From positions 1,064 to 65,063 of the forward strand of contig DAHVFB010000007.1 in the NCBI GenBank assembly GCA_027317185.1: DNA of 64,000 nucleotides, read 5' to 3'. Both the position numbers and the translations under genes were made by a program. Shown one piece after another: positions 49,486 to 60,894 of this stretch (the stretch's first letter is position 1; the number at the start of each line of letters is the position of its first letter). Below the pieces are notes generated by a model. The model was not told where the DNA came from, ran no database searches, and saw nothing but the letters and a program-made list of their open reading frames with translations. The DNA is from Deltaproteobacteria bacterium. Lineage in GTDB: Bacteria; Desulfobacterota; Binatia; Binatales; Binataceae.

Positions 49486-52197
49486 ATGGCATCTGAGCCA
49501 ATGATTCGGAATATCGAAGCGGAAGAGAGCGAACGACGCCACAGTGGCTTCTTCGCCTCTGGAATCACCCGCTACAGCGACGCGATCGAGGACGCGAACG
49601 AGGATCAGATACTGCGCTTCAGCCGCTTCGGGATGGCGGCGATTCTGGTGTTCGAACTGACTCATCTGTGTCTCGGCCTCTATTTTGCCCCCAATCTCAC
49701 GCATCTCGTGGCGCCTATTTTAGGTGCCGACCTCGGCGTGACCGCCTTGATGCTCGGGCTGACATGGAGCGAAGTCTATCGGCACCGCTGGCGCACGATG
49801 GCGTTCGGTCTATGTACGGGGTTGGTGCTCAGCGCGACCGCAATCAGCATTATCTCGCACGACGGAATCGCGATTTTCATTTCGCTTTTGCTGCTGATGT
49901 TCGGCTCTTCGGCGGTGGTGCCGTGGGGACCGCGCTGCCAAATGGTGTTCTCGGGACTGTGTCTCAGCGCGATGGGCGCCAACGCGGCGGTAGTGCACTT
50001 CGCCGATGGCTACGCGCCTTTCCGCTGGCTGGCAATATTGACCGCGGTGGGTTTCTCGCAGTTTACCGCGGTGATGGGCGAGAACTATCGCCGCAGGCTG
50101 GCGGCGCGCCTCAGCGCGATGCGCGAGAGCGAGCAGCAGATCTGGCAGATCTTCGAAGCCAACCCCGACCCGGTCTCGATCGCGCGCTTTCCCGACGGAC
50201 AATTCCTCAACGTCAACAGCCAGTTTCTTAAAATCGGCTTTACCCGTGACGAAGTCCTGCACTCGACCGATCGCGCGCTGGGCATGTGGGCGAACCCCGG
50301 CGAGTGCGAGGAATACTACCGCCAGATCAAGCAATACGGCTACGTGCGCAATCTCGAAGCGACTTTCGTCAATCGCAAGGGACAGGCCCGTTCGTGCCTG
50401 GTCTCGGGCGCGCTGATGCAGTTCAGCCACGGCCCCTGCGTGCTCGCGGTGACGCGCGACATCAACCGTATCAAGGAAGCCGAACGGGTGCTGGTGACGG
50501 CACGCGAGACGGCCGAACAGGCCTCACGGGCGAAGTCGGATTTCCTCTCGAGCATGTCGCATGAGATTCGCACGCCAATGAACGCGATCCTGGGGATGGC
50601 CGAATTGCTCAACGATTCCGAGCTCAGCAACGAGCAGCACAAGTACCTGAGCATCATGATGAACAACGGCAACGCGCTGCTCGACCTGATCAACGATATC
50701 CTCGACTTCGCCAAGGTCGAGAGCGGCAGGCTGAACCTCGAGACGGCCAATTTCGACGTCGCCGATCTGGCCGAGCGGGTGGCCGAAACGCTTTCGATCC
50801 GCGCCCACCAGCAGGGCCTCGAACTGGCCGTGCGGGTGGCGCCCGAAGTCCCGACCGCGATCATCGGGGATCCGCTGCGGCTGCGGCAGGTGCTGATCAA
50901 CCTGATCGGCAACGCGCTTAAATTCACTGAGCATGGCGAGATCGTGCTGACGATCGATCGCGCGGCCGGCGATGCGGCGCCCGGCGCGCTCGAGTTCAGC
51001 GTCTCCGACACCGGCATCGGGATCTCGCCCGAGGAGCGGGAAAAAATCTTTGCGAGTTACGCGCAGGCCGACAGCTCGACCGCGCGCAAATATGGCGGCA
51101 CAGGGCTCGGACTCGCGATCGTCAAGCAGTTGGTCGAGTTGATGGGCGGACGGATCTGGGTCGACAGCGAAGTCGGCCGGGGCAGCACCTTCCATTTCAC
51201 CGCGACGTTTGGGGTGCAGGCGGGTGCGAGCGAACGCAGTATCGACCGGGTAGCTGATCTGGCCGGGGCGCGCGTGCTGGTGGTCGATGACACCGCCGTC
51301 AATCGGCAGGCGCTCGGCGAAATTCTCACCCAACAGGGCGCGGAAGTAACCGCGACCGACCATGGCGAAGACGCCCTCGAGCGCCTGCGCCAGATGAACA
51401 GCAGGGGCACGCCCTTCGATCTCGTACTGCTCGATTGCCGGATGGCGGCAACCGACGGCGTCGAGCTGGCGCGGCGGGTCAGCGAACAGGCGCACGGCGC
51501 CGGGATGGTCATACCGATGCTCACTTCGGACGATCTCAACATAAAACTCCCGCTGCTGCGCAAGATGGGATTCATGCATCACGTGATCAAGCCGGTGCGG
51601 CGCGCGGAACTCCTCGCGCTGATCCGCACGATGATCGGGCAGCGCGCCGCAACTGCCCAGCCCGCGATGGCAGCAGCGATCGCGACGACCGTGGCGTCCG
51701 CTCCGGAGACGACGCCGGAGGCGGACGCCGGCACGCCCGCGCCGCTGACGCTGGATCGGCCGCTCAAAATTCTGATCGCCGACGACTCGCCGGACAATCG
51801 TCTGCTGATCGAAGCCTTCCTCAAGAAGAGTGCCTGTCAGCTCGACCATGCGGAGAACGGCGAGATCGCGGTCGAGAAATTCGTCGCCGGCCGCTACGAC
51901 GTGGTCCTGATGGATATCCAGATGCCGGTGATGGACGGCTATACCGCCGCGCGGCTGATTCGCGAATGGGAAAAGAAGAATAATTGCGGCCACACGCCAA
52001 TCATCGCACTGACCGCATCGGTGCTCGACGAGGCGGTGCATAAGAGTTTCGACGCCGGCTGCGACACGCACGTGAGCAAGCCGGTGCGGCGGCCGACGCT
52101 GATCGCGGCGATTCACAGCCTGACCAGCCACGAGGCAAAGCGCACCAAGCTCGACGGTGCGCAGCGCTTCGACGAGAGCTACGCCGACCCGCGATAG
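49486..52197 (+). CDS. Membrane hybrid sensor histidine kinase (PAS, HisKA, HATPase, two REC)
   Basis: [30 protein letters not shown]; two receiver domains. Confidence 0.93.
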   Translation: MASEPMIRNIEAEESERRHSGFFASGITRYSDAIEDANEDQILRFSRFGMAAILVFELTHLCLGLYFAPNLTHLVAPILGADLGVTALMLGLTWSEVYRHRWRTMAFGLCTGLVLSATAISIISHDGIAIFISLLLLMFGSSAVVPWGPRCQMVFSGLCLSAMGANAAVVHFADGYAPFRWLAILTAVGFSQFTAVMGENYRRRLAARLSAMRESEQQIWQIFEANPDPVSIARFPDGQFLNVNSQFLKIGFTRDEVLHSTDRALGMWANPGECEEYYRQIKQYGYVRNLEATFVNRKGQARSCLVSGALMQFSHGPCVLAVTRDINRIKEAERVLVTARETAEQASRAKSDFLSSMSHEIRTPMNAILGMAELLNDSELSNEQHKYLSIMMNNGNALLDLINDILDFAKVESGRLNLETANFDVADLAERVAETLSIRAHQQGLELAVRVAPEVPTAIIGDPLRLRQVLINLIGNALKFTEHGEIVLTIDRAAGDAAPGALEFSVSDTGIGISPEEREKIFASYAQADSSTARKYGGTGLGLAIVKQLVELMGGRIWVDSEVGRGSTFHFTATFGVQAGASERSIDRVADLAGARVLVVDDTAVNRQALGEILTQQGAEVTATDHGEDALERLRQMNSRGTPFDLVLLDCRMAATDGVELARRVSEQAHGAGMVIPMLTSDDLNIKLPLLRKMGFMHHVIKPVRRAELLALIRTMIGQRAATAQPAMAAAIATTVASAPETTPEADAGTPAPLTLDRPLKILIADDSPDNRLLIEAFLKKSACQLDHAENGEIAVEKFVAGRYDVVLMDIQMPVMDGYTAARLIREWEKKNNCGHTPIIALTASVLDEAVHKSFDAGCDTHVSKPVRRPTLIAAIHSLTSHEAKRTKLDGAQRFDESYADPR

Positions 52198-52565
52198 CTC
52201 TGCCTTGGCCCCCGTCGGCGGCCAGGCCGCGCGCGGGCGCCTCGCGAGGCCACACGATTTCTTCAGCGGGCACTTAAGCGCGCGACGAATGTCGAAGGTT
52301 CGCGGCGGCAAAGTGAATCGGTCCGGGTCACATGTCCGGATATCGTTTGCCTCAATGGCTATAACCGCACGAAACGGTCTCGCGATGCGTCATTGTGCGA
52401 CGCGGATCGTGTTCGCAGTCGGCCATATTCTTGCCGCACGCCAAATTCTTCAATTCCCTGCTTAGTATTTCGGGCGACCTCAGCGATGGCGCGAGCCTTG
52501 CGTCAGTGATCGCGGGAGTGAGTCGGATCAATTTTGTCGTTTGATCTGACTAGGACACGCATTAC

Positions 52566-55244
52566 ATGGATATTGATCATTCTCTCGAGGCAGAACTCCG
52601 CGGCACTAGCGATAGCGAATATACCGATCACGTTCTGGTGAAGGGCGAGAACGGCATCCAGCGCTCGGCCTTTCGCATGCAACCGCCGACCGCTGCTCGC
52701 GCGCCGGAGGCCGCCGGCAAGTTAGCCGCGGCATCCGCGCAACTCACGCCACCGCGCGATGACGTCAGTCACCTAGCGGCGGATCGCACCGAGGATCGAG
52801 CGCTATCGCGCCCCCTCCGCCGGGACGGCGTCGATCGGCTGAGCGCGCGGGCGCTGCAGGGCGAGCGCATCGTCGTGCTGGTGAATGAGGCGGCGGCACT
52901 GGCGGCGCGGGGACTCGGCGCCGACCTTGCCGCGGTGACCGAAGTGGTCGAAGAGACGAATCAACTACGCTGTATCGCGAACTGGGGCTTGAACAGCGAA
53001 TGGGACGTGGGCTTAACGGTCGAAGCTGACGGCAAGTCGCAGACCGAATTCGCGCTGTCCGTCGATCAACCGGTGGTCTGCAATGACCTGTCGGCGGAGA
53101 CCCGTTTCACGCCGCATCCGCGGTTGCTGGCGTACGGAATATGCAGCGGTATCGCGGCGCCGCTCAGGCTGCGCGGCCGGCCGCTCGGGGTAATCAGCGC
53201 CTACAGCCTCAAGCCGCACAGCTACTCGCGCGCCGATGCGAGCTTCATGCAGGCGATCGCCGATATTATTGCCGGGGCGATGGAGCGTGAACGGTCCGGC
53301 CGCGCGCTCGCGCGCAAAGATGACTACCTGCGCGCGGTGCTGGAAAACTCGACCGACGCAATCGTGATGCTCGATTACGCCGGGACCGTGCGCTTCATCA
53401 ACGGTGCCAGCATGACGCTGGTCGGCTTGACGCCTGACCAGATGGCCGGACGGCCGGGCGCCGACTTCGTCCATCCGGACGATCTCGCGAACCGCGACCG
53501 CATGATGAACGAAGCCATCGCGCATCCCGGAAAGGTCGTCAGCGGCAAGCTGCGGCTGCGGAGCAACTCTGGCGAAGGGCTTGAATGCGAAATCGTGATG
53601 CGCGCGCTGCCCGACTGCGGAAATGACCCGGGAATCCTGGTGAACGTGCGCGATATCTCGGAGCGCATGCGCGCGGCCCGCATGCAGGCACTGCTCGCCT
53701 CGATCGTCGCCAGCACCGACGATTCGATCGTGAGTATGGAGCCGGACTGCACGCTGACGAGCTGGAACGCGGGGGCGGAACGCATGTACGGCTACCGTGC
53801 CGATGAAGTGATCGGCCGGCGGCCCGACTTCATGTGGATGCCGGAGGATGCCAGTTTGATCGAGGCCTGCGTACAGAAATTAGCCGCGGGCAGCGGCACC
53901 GAACGATATGAGATCCAGCGCCACCGGCGCGACGGCAGGGTAATCAATGTAGCCGTGACGCTCTCACCGATTCGCGATGAGCGGGGTGTACTGACCGGCG
54001 TCGCGGGCATCGGCCGCGACGTGACCGAGAGCAAGCGGGCGGCGGCGGAACTCGAGCGGGCGCGCGACGCGGCGCTCGAAGCGTCGCGGCTCAAGTCGGC
54101 CTTTCTGGCCAACATGAGCCATGAGGTGCGCACGCCGATCAACGTGATCCTGGGCTACAACGATCTCATCGCGGACCATCTGGCGAGCCTCGGCGACGAC
54201 AGCCAGGCCGAACATGTCGACGCCGTCGGCCGCGCCTCCCGGCGTCTGATGCGCACCATCAACACCATCCTTGACTATTCCAAAATGGAATCGGGGACCT
54301 TTGAATTCAGACCGCGGACGGTGCGGCTGGGACCGCTGATCAATCGGCAGGTCGAGGAGGTGCGGGCGCGGGCGCGGGAAAAGAATCTCAGTCTGACGGT
54401 TGAAATCGAAGCCGAGGATGCGGCGACGCACGGCGACGAGTACAGCGTCGGCCAGGCGATTGCGCATCTGCTCGACAACGCGATCAAGTTCACCACGGGC
54501 GGCGGCGTGCGCGTGCGGCTGTATCGCGGCGACCGCGGTCTGCCGTGTATCGCGGTGAGCGACACCGGCATCGGGATCGACGAGCGCTTTCAGGCCCATC
54601 TGTTCGAGCCCTTCAGGCAGGAAGAGGCTGGCATGACCCGCAGCTTCGAGGGCGCGGGACTGGGCCTGGCGCTGACCCGCAGCTACCTGGAACTCAACCA
54701 GGCGCGGATCAGCTTCGAGAGCCATAAGGGTAGCGGGACCACCTTCACGATCGGCTTCGCGTCGAGCGCCAGCGCGGCGGGTCCAGCGCCGCTTGCGCCG
54801 GCGGCCGATGCGGCCCGCATCGCGACCCGGGCCGGCGCGGAGCGTCCGGTGATCATGGTGGTCGAGGACGATCCCGACAACCTGCTCTACATGGACCTGC
54901 TGCTCAAGAATCAGTTCGACGTGCTGCTCGCCTCAAATGGAAGCGAGGTGCATCGGATCGTCGCGACGCGGCGCGAACCGATCGACCTGGTCCTGATGGA
55001 TCTGTCGCTGCGCGGCGCGGACGATGGCCTGAGACTCACCCGGATGCTGCGCGGCACGCGGCGCTTCAACCGCACGCCGGTGGTCGCGGTCACCGGCCAT
55101 GCCTCGCCGGAGGATCGCGAACTCGCGCGGGCCGCCGGATGCGACGGGTTCGTGACCAAACCGATCGAGCGCGCGCTGCTCTTCGAGACCATCGAACGGC
55201 TGTTGAGCCGATCGCGGCGGGCCGGCGCTTTTGCCGTGCGATGA
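52566..55244 (+). CDS. Cytoplasmic hybrid histidine kinase (GAF, 2 PAS, HisKA, HATPase, REC)
   Basis: MSHEVRTP, NAIKFT, DTGIG, GAGLGL, LMDL...KP. Confidence 0.93.
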   Translation: MDIDHSLEAELRGTSDSEYTDHVLVKGENGIQRSAFRMQPPTAARAPEAAGKLAAASAQLTPPRDDVSHLAADRTEDRALSRPLRRDGVDRLSARALQGERIVVLVNEAAALAARGLGADLAAVTEVVEETNQLRCIANWGLNSEWDVGLTVEADGKSQTEFALSVDQPVVCNDLSAETRFTPHPRLLAYGICSGIAAPLRLRGRPLGVISAYSLKPHSYSRADASFMQAIADIIAGAMERERSGRALARKDDYLRAVLENSTDAIVMLDYAGTVRFINGASMTLVGLTPDQMAGRPGADFVHPDDLANRDRMMNEAIAHPGKVVSGKLRLRSNSGEGLECEIVMRALPDCGNDPGILVNVRDISERMRAARMQALLASIVASTDDSIVSMEPDCTLTSWNAGAERMYGYRADEVIGRRPDFMWMPEDASLIEACVQKLAAGSGTERYEIQRHRRDGRVINVAVTLSPIRDERGVLTGVAGIGRDVTESKRAAAELERARDAALEASRLKSAFLANMSHEVRTPINVILGYNDLIADHLASLGDDSQAEHVDAVGRASRRLMRTINTILDYSKMESGTFEFRPRTVRLGPLINRQVEEVRARAREKNLSLTVEIEAEDAATHGDEYSVGQAIAHLLDNAIKFTTGGGVRVRLYRGDRGLPCIAVSDTGIGIDERFQAHLFEPFRQEEAGMTRSFEGAGLGLALTRSYLELNQARISFESHKGSGTTFTIGFASSASAAGPAPLAPAADAARIATRAGAERPVIMVVEDDPDNLLYMDLLLKNQFDVLLASNGSEVHRIVATRREPIDLVLMDLSLRGADDGLRLTRMLRGTRRFNRTPVVAVTGHASPEDRELARAAGCDGFVTKPIERALLFETIERLLSRSRRAGAFAVR

Positions 55245-55274
55245 TTTCGGCTATCACACAAGGCGGAGACCGCC

Positions 55275-55907
55275 ATGGACGCCGCTGCCGAATCCGTCAA
55301 ATTCTACTACGACTTCAAGAGTCCTTTCAGCTACCTGGCGCTGGCGCCGACGCTCGCTCTCGAGCGGTCGCATCGGATCGCCCTGCGCTTCCTCCCGCGC
55401 GACTTTGAACCGCGCGCGGCCTATGGCGGCGAGGTCGCGGATCGCCAGCCGATCCATTGGTTCAAGGTGCGCTATCTCTACGCCGACGCGCGGCGCTTCG
55501 CTAACGATCGCGGCCTGATAATCCGCGGACCGCAAAAGCTCTTTGATTCGCGCCTGGCCCTGGTAAGCGGCCTCTACGCGGCGCGCGAGGGCCGCTTTGC
55601 ACCGTATGCAACGCGGGTCTTCGAGCACTTTTTCAAACGCGAACTCGATCTCGAGGACCCGGCGGCGCTATCGCGCGTGCTGCTCGAGAGCGGACTCGAC
55701 GCCGACGCCTTCGCCCGCTACGCCGAGTCCGCGGGTCCCGCCGACCTCGCGCACGCCTGCGACGAAGCGGCGGCCGACGGGGTCTTTGGCGTGCCAACGC
55801 TGATCGTCGCGGGCGAACCCTTCTGGGGCAATGATCGGGTGGCGTGGGTAATCAAGAAACTCGACGCGATGGGTCTCGGGCGCGACGGCGCGCCGGCCGC
55901 GCGTTGA
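55275..55907 (+). CDS. 2-hydroxychromene-2-carboxylate isomerase / DsbA-family protein
   Basis: FYYDF.SPFSYL, GVFGVPT....E.FWGNDR. Confidence 0.88.
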   Translation: MDAAAESVKFYYDFKSPFSYLALAPTLALERSHRIALRFLPRDFEPRAAYGGEVADRQPIHWFKVRYLYADARRFANDRGLIIRGPQKLFDSRLALVSGLYAAREGRFAPYATRVFEHFFKRELDLEDPAALSRVLLESGLDADAFARYAESAGPADLAHACDEAAADGVFGVPTLIVAGEPFWGNDRVAWVIKKLDAMGLGRDGAPAAR

Positions 55908-55928
55908 TCAACCGAGGGGAGAATCGCG

Positions 55929-56336
55929 ATGCGTCAGGTGCCGGTGGGAACGAAGGGAACACATGAGTTCGTGGTCGCGCACGCCGACCTGGCGGGGACC
56001 CGCGAGCCCTCGCTGCCGCCGGTGCTGGCGACGGCGTTCATGAGTCTGGCGATGGAAATCGCGGCGATGGATGCGATCAAGGATTATCTCGAGCCGGGCG
56101 ACATGACGGTCGGCGCGATGGTCAACGTGAGCCATCTGGCGGCGACGCCCGAAGGCTGGAAGGTCCGCGCCGAGGCCGAAGTCACTGGCGGCGATACGCG
56201 GCGCGTTGAGTTCATCGTGCGCGCCTTCGACGAGCGCGAAGAGATCGGCACCGGCACGCATACGCGGGCGGTGGTCAAGCGCGCGAAATTCGACGAGCGG
56301 TTTGCCGCCAAGGTCACATCGAAGGCCAAGTCCTAG
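55929..56336 (+). CDS. Hot-dog thioesterase (FlK-like family)
   Basis: V.AT..M...ME.AA, TVG..V.V.H.A.TP.G, G.H.R.VV. Confidence 0.85.
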   Translation: MRQVPVGTKGTHEFVVAHADLAGTREPSLPPVLATAFMSLAMEIAAMDAIKDYLEPGDMTVGAMVNVSHLAATPEGWKVRAEAEVTGGDTRRVEFIVRAFDEREEIGTGTHTRAVVKRAKFDERFAAKVTSKAKS

Positions 56337-56392
56337 GCGTAGACGGGCGAGGCGCTAATGCGGCGGGTGCGCCGCGCATGCGGAGCGAGACC

Positions 56393-57283
56393 ATGACTAC
56401 TGAAATATATTCGGACAGGGAAGTATACGTCGGGCGCGACTACGGCGGATTTGCCGCAGAGATCACCCCCGACGCGATCGAGAACTATATCGCGGCGACC
56501 GGCGACGACCATCCGTGGTACCGCACGCCCGCGCCGCTCGGATTTCCGATCGCGCCGGCCCTCGTGCTCCATTCGGCGGTCTTCCGCACTCAGGCATGGT
56601 ACCTGCCCAACGTCTTCGGCAATCTGCACGCGCGCCAGGAATGGGAAGGCTTCGCGCCGATTGCGGCCGGCGAGACGCTGCACACGCGATCGGTGATCAT
56701 CGATCGCTACGTCAAGCGCGATCGCGAGTACGTGGTCAACGAGGTGCTGATCGCCGGCGCCGACGGGCGTATCGTGCAGCGCAGCCGCACCCATCAGAGC
56801 TTCCTGATCGCGGCCCACGGCGCGCCCGCCGGCGGCGGCTTCGCGGTCGATCGCGATCGCGAGAAATCCGCCGCGCGGCGCTTCGCCGTGGGCGAGCGCG
56901 GCGGCGAGCCGATCGACGGTCCAATGCGCACGATCTCCCAGGCGATGTGCATGGCGTTCTCGGGGCCCGCGCGCAACTACCATACCGACGCCGAGGCCGC
57001 GCGCCAGTTCGGCTTCCCGGACATCGTGGTGCAGGGCATGTGGTCGGTATGCCTGGTCGGCGAGATGATGACGCGGCGCTTCGGCCTGGGCTTTATCGCG
57101 GGCGGCAAGTTCGATCTGCGGCTGGTCAACGTGCTGTGGGCCGAGGAATCGTCGGGCGCGCGCGGCAGGATTATCGCGCGGCGGCCGGAGGGCAATCGCA
57201 CGCGGGCGGAGGTCGAAGTATGGTGCGAAAAAGCCGCCGGCACCAAGACCATCGTCGGGACGGCGAGTGCAATCGAATTGTAG
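56393..57283 (+). CDS. Double hot-dog MaoC-like dehydratase
   Basis: 'A.GDD.PWY', 'N.H.D...A...GFP..V.QG'. Confidence 0.8.
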   Translation: MTTEIYSDREVYVGRDYGGFAAEITPDAIENYIAATGDDHPWYRTPAPLGFPIAPALVLHSAVFRTQAWYLPNVFGNLHARQEWEGFAPIAAGETLHTRSVIIDRYVKRDREYVVNEVLIAGADGRIVQRSRTHQSFLIAAHGAPAGGGFAVDRDREKSAARRFAVGERGGEPIDGPMRTISQAMCMAFSGPARNYHTDAEAARQFGFPDIVVQGMWSVCLVGEMMTRRFGLGFIAGGKFDLRLVNVLWAEESSGARGRIIARRPEGNRTRAEVEVWCEKAAGTKTIVGTASAIEL

Positions 57284-57343
57284 GTTTTTGATACTAAATG
57301 AGTCGCAGCGATCGGCGGCGCGCCGGCTATCCCGCGCGGCCGG

Positions 57344-58669
57344 TTACGCGGCGGCGGCCGTGGTGAGCGCTTCGATCTCGGCGACCGTCTTGGGCACCGC
57401 CGCGGTCATCACTTCGCAGCCGGCGGGCGTGACCAGCACGTCATCCTCGATCCGGATACCGATGCCGCGAAACTCCTCCGGCGCGGTCTCGTCGTTGGGC
57501 GCAATATACAGCCCCGGCTCGACCGTCAGGACCATGCCGGGCTCGAGCGTGCGCGACTCGCCGCCGACGCGATAAAGCCCGACGTCGTGCACGTCCATGC
57601 CCAGCCAATGGCTGGTGCGATGCATGTAAAATCTGCGCCACGCGCCACTTTTCAGCGCGTCTTCGGCCGGAACCTTGAGCAATCCGACGCGGCACATACC
57701 CTCCACCAGTATCCGCACGGCGGTCTCGTGCGGATCGTCGAACTTGATGCCGGGGCGGATCGATTCGATCGCCTGCAACTGCGCGTCGAGGACAATCTGG
57801 TAGAGGTCGCGCTGCAGCGGCGCGAAAGCCGCGCCGACCGGAAAGGTGCGGGTGACGTCGGAGGCGTAGAAGTCGTACTCGCAGCCGGCGTCGATCAACA
57901 GCAATTCACCGGCCTGCATCCGGCGATCGTTGTTGATGTAATGCAGGGTCGCCGCGTTGGGGCCCGACGCGATGATCGACGGATAGCTCGGCCCGGCCGC
58001 GCCGCGCGAGCGAAAGGTGTAGTCGACGAGCGCCTCGACCTCCCACTCCATCATGCCGCCGCGCGCCCGGGCCATCGCCTGCCGATGGGCCTCGGCCGAA
58101 ATCGCGATCGCCGCACGCATCGCCGCCAGCTCCTCCGGACGCTTGTGCAAGCGCGCCTCGTGGATCAGCTCGCGCGGATCGAGCAGCGTATGCGGCCCGG
58201 TGCCCAGCCGCGGACGCATCGACTGCGCGTAGCGCATCAGTTCGAGCACGCGCGCGTTCATCCGCTCGTTGACCGAGAGCGGATAGTAGACGCGGTCGAC
58301 CTTGTCGAGATGGCGGCGCAGCACGGCGTCGAGCTCCTCGATGGCGAAGGCCTGATTGGCGCCGTAGCCGGCGACCGCGCCCTCGAGTCCGGCGCGCCGG
58401 CCGGTCCAGGTCTCGCGCTCGCGATCGCGCGGACGCACCATCAGGATGAATTCGTGCGGCTCGCCGGGTGCCAGGATCGCCACCGCTTCAGGCTCGGCAA
58501 AGCCGGTCAGGTAGTGGAAATCATTGTCCTGGCGATAGACGAATTCGACGTCGCCGGAGCGCATCGCGACCGGCGCGCTCGGCATAATCGCGAGTGCTCC
58601 GGGCCCGATCGCGTCCATGAAGCGGCGGCGCCGCTCGGCGAAGACTTCGAGGTTCGAGATGACGCTCAC
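57344..58669 (-). CDS. pepP: Xaa-Pro aminopeptidase
   Basis: YRQD.DF.YLTG..EP, LHY, IDAG, SDVTRT, H.LG.DVHD, TVEPG, RIEDD. Confidence 0.93.
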   Translation of the reverse strand: MSVISNLEVFAERRRRFMDAIGPGALAIMPSAPVAMRSGDVEFVYRQDNDFHYLTGFAEPEAVAILAPGEPHEFILMVRPRDRERETWTGRRAGLEGAVAGYGANQAFAIEELDAVLRRHLDKVDRVYYPLSVNERMNARVLELMRYAQSMRPRLGTGPHTLLDPRELIHEARLHKRPEELAAMRAAIAISAEAHRQAMARARGGMMEWEVEALVDYTFRSRGAAGPSYPSIIASGPNAATLHYINNDRRMQAGELLLIDAGCEYDFYASDVTRTFPVGAAFAPLQRDLYQIVLDAQLQAIESIRPGIKFDDPHETAVRILVEGMCRVGLLKVPAEDALKSGAWRRFYMHRTSHWLGMDVHDVGLYRVGGESRTLEPGMVLTVEPGLYIAPNDETAPEEFRGIGIRIEDDVLVTPAGCEVMTAAVPKTVAEIEALTTAAAA

Positions 58670-58728
58670 GCTTTACCGCATCCGTCGGCTGAAAATTCGC
58701 GCGCGCCAGAGCCGCGCCCGCAGCCCTA

Positions 58729-59571
58729 TTATGGGCATCCGGCGCCGCCCACCGCCACTTCGCCGGCATAGACTTTCGCGCTGCGCCTGGCCCGGCATTC
58801 GTCGGGGTTGATGCTCTCGGAAGTGAGCACGTACAGCGTGCGCCGGCCCGCGCCGCCCATCGCGCACGCGATCGGCATCGAGTCGAACTTGATTCGCTCG
58901 GCGACCGCGCCGCCGTCGCGCACGCGCAGCAGCTCGTGGGTGAATGGCGAGGCGACCCAGATGGCGCCCTCCGCATCCAGCGCGATGCCGTCGGGGACGG
59001 CCTCGCCGAGTTCGGCCCATACGCGCCGATTGGACAGCGAACCGTCGTCGGCGATCGCAAACGCGGTCAGCCGATGGCCCATCGACTCGCCGACCACGAG
59101 CGTCTTGCCGTCGGGCGTGATCACGGTGCCGTTGGGAAAATCGAGATCGCCGGCGACCACGCGCGCCGATCCGTCGGGATTCACCAGGACCAGCTCGGCG
59201 GGCTTTTTCGGCGCGTTGGTCAGCAGGTCGTAGCCGAAATTGCCGACGTACGCGCGCCCCCTGGGGTCGGTCACCATGTCGTTGCAGTGGAACGACGCGA
59301 GCTTGCTGATATCGGCGTGAGTCTTGAGGCCGTCGGGATCGAGGCGCAGCAGCTTGCGATCGGTCATCGAGACGATCAGCAGACGCCCGTCGGGCAGCCA
59401 TCCCAGCCCCGAGGGCCACGCGGCGACCTCCGCAACGACCGTCTTGCGCCCGGCACTATCGACGCTCAACACCTGATGGGCGTGCATGTCGGAGAGATAG
59501 AGCTTGCCGTCATGCCAGCGCGGCCCTTCGCCGAACGCCAGACCTTCAACAAAAACTTTGAATTGCGTCAT
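58729..59571 (-). CDS. SMP-30/gluconolactonase family protein
   Basis: GEGPRW, CND, FPNG, PDGI.LD.EG. Confidence 0.9.
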   Translation of the reverse strand: MTQFKVFVEGLAFGEGPRWHDGKLYLSDMHAHQVLSVDSAGRKTVVAEVAAWPSGLGWLPDGRLLIVSMTDRKLLRLDPDGLKTHADISKLASFHCNDMVTDPRGRAYVGNFGYDLLTNAPKKPAELVLVNPDGSARVVAGDLDFPNGTVITPDGKTLVVGESMGHRLTAFAIADDGSLSNRRVWAELGEAVPDGIALDAEGAIWVASPFTHELLRVRDGGAVAERIKFDSMPIACAMGGAGRRTLYVLTSESINPDECRARRSAKVYAGEVAVGGAGCP

Positions 59572-59646
59572 GTTCCTGAACTCCGGCTATACTTAAAGCG
59601 ATACATCAGATTTAATCGAGCACGCGCGATGGCGCCGCCCGTAGCC

Positions 59647-60894
59647 CTAATCCAGCGCGCCCTGCGCGCGCAGCTTCGCGATCTCCTCGGCGCCGTAGCC
59701 GAGCACCTGGCCGAGCACCTCGTCGGTATGCTGCCCGATGCACGGTGCGGCGGCGCGCACCGCGGTCGCCGTGCGGCTCATCTTCCACGGTATCCCACAA
59801 TGCTGCAGCGTGCCGACCTCGGGATGCTCCTTGTAGACGAAGTATTCGCGCGCCTTGAGCTGCGGATCTTCCTCGGAGAGAAATTTGTTGTCGGCGACCA
59901 CCGCCGCGGCGACGCCTGCCGCCTGCAGAATTGCCGCCGCCTCGACCGCCGTGCGCCCGGCCGTCCATCCCGCGACGATCACATCGAGATCGCTCTCGTG
60001 GGCTTTGCGCGCGGCCAACGTCGCGTAGCACGGATCGCCGCCGAGCTCGGGACGGCCGATCGCGCCCGCCATGCGCTTGAACTCGGCGTCGTCGGCCGCC
60101 GCGATCGCGACGAACTGATCGACCGTCAGGCCCATCACCTGCCCGGGCCGATCGCGGCATCGGTAGATACCGTGCGGCGCCATCCAGGGATCCTCGTTGC
60201 CGATCCGTTCGGGCTCGCGCCCGTTCATGGTGTACTCGAGCAGGCCCTCGGCGAGCACGCCCATCGCGCATTCCCACTGGCTCATGTCGATGTACTGGCC
60301 CTGGCCGGTCTTGCCGCGATGATAGAGTGCGGCCAGGATCGCGAACGCACCGTGCACTCCGCCGTTGGGATCGGCGTAGCTGAAGCCCGCATGCATCGGC
60401 GGCCATCCACGATAGCCGGTCAGCGCCGAAAGTCCCGACAGCGGCACCTGCGCCGGGCCGTAGGCGATATAGTCGGCGTAGGGACCGGTGTCGCCGTAGC
60501 CAGTGAGCGAAATCATGATGACGTCGGATTTGATTTTGCGCACGTCGTCGTAGCCGAAGCCCATCCGATCCATCACGCCGTGGGCGAAATTATTGATGAC
60601 TACGTCGCTCCGCGCGATCAGCTTGCGCGCGACCTCATGCGCGGCCGGATCCTTGAAGTTCAGCGTGATCGAGCGCTTGCCCTGGCTGTATTGATTGAAA
60701 TAGCCCGAGCGGTTGAGGCCGCCGGGCTTCATGCCGGGCCACGGCGGCAGCATCCGCGTGACGCATGGGCGGGTCTTGGTCTCGATACGGATGACGTCGG
60801 CGCCGAGATGGGCGAGCTGGAGCGTGCAATACGGGCCCGCCCAGACCCACGTGAAGTCGGCGACCCGGATGCCGTCGAGCGGTGGCCTGGCCAT
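59647..60894 (-). CDS. CaiB/BaiF family III CoA-transferase (catalytic Asp present)
   Basis: L.GIRV.DF...AGP, LGADVI.IE, SYADP, GQ.ID.SQ.E. Confidence 0.92.
   Translation of the reverse strand: MARPPLDGIRVADFTWVWAGPYCTLQLAHLGADVIRIETKTRPCVTRMLPPWPGMKPGGLNRSGYFNQYSQGKRSITLNFKDPAAHEVARKLIARSDVVINNFAHGVMDRMGFGYDDVRKIKSDVIMISLTGYGDTGPYADYIAYGPAQVPLSGLSALTGYRGWPPMHAGFSYADPNGGVHGAFAILAALYHRGKTGQGQYIDMSQWECAMGVLAEGLLEYTMNGREPERIGNEDPWMAPHGIYRCRDRPGQVMGLTVDQFVAIAAADDAEFKRMAGAIGRPELGGDPCYATLAARKAHESDLDVIVAGWTAGRTAVEAAAILQAAGVAAAVVADNKFLSEEDPQLKAREYFVYKEHPEVGTLQHCGIPWKMSRTATAVRAAAPCIGQHTDEVLGQVLGYGAEEIAKLRAQGALD

Noticed and set aside
55929..56336. FlK-like thioesterase as part of the fluoride system
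   Set aside because: The Thr/Glu/His triad is present, but the family is widespread, the gene is over 30 kb outside the island and it has no riboswitch.
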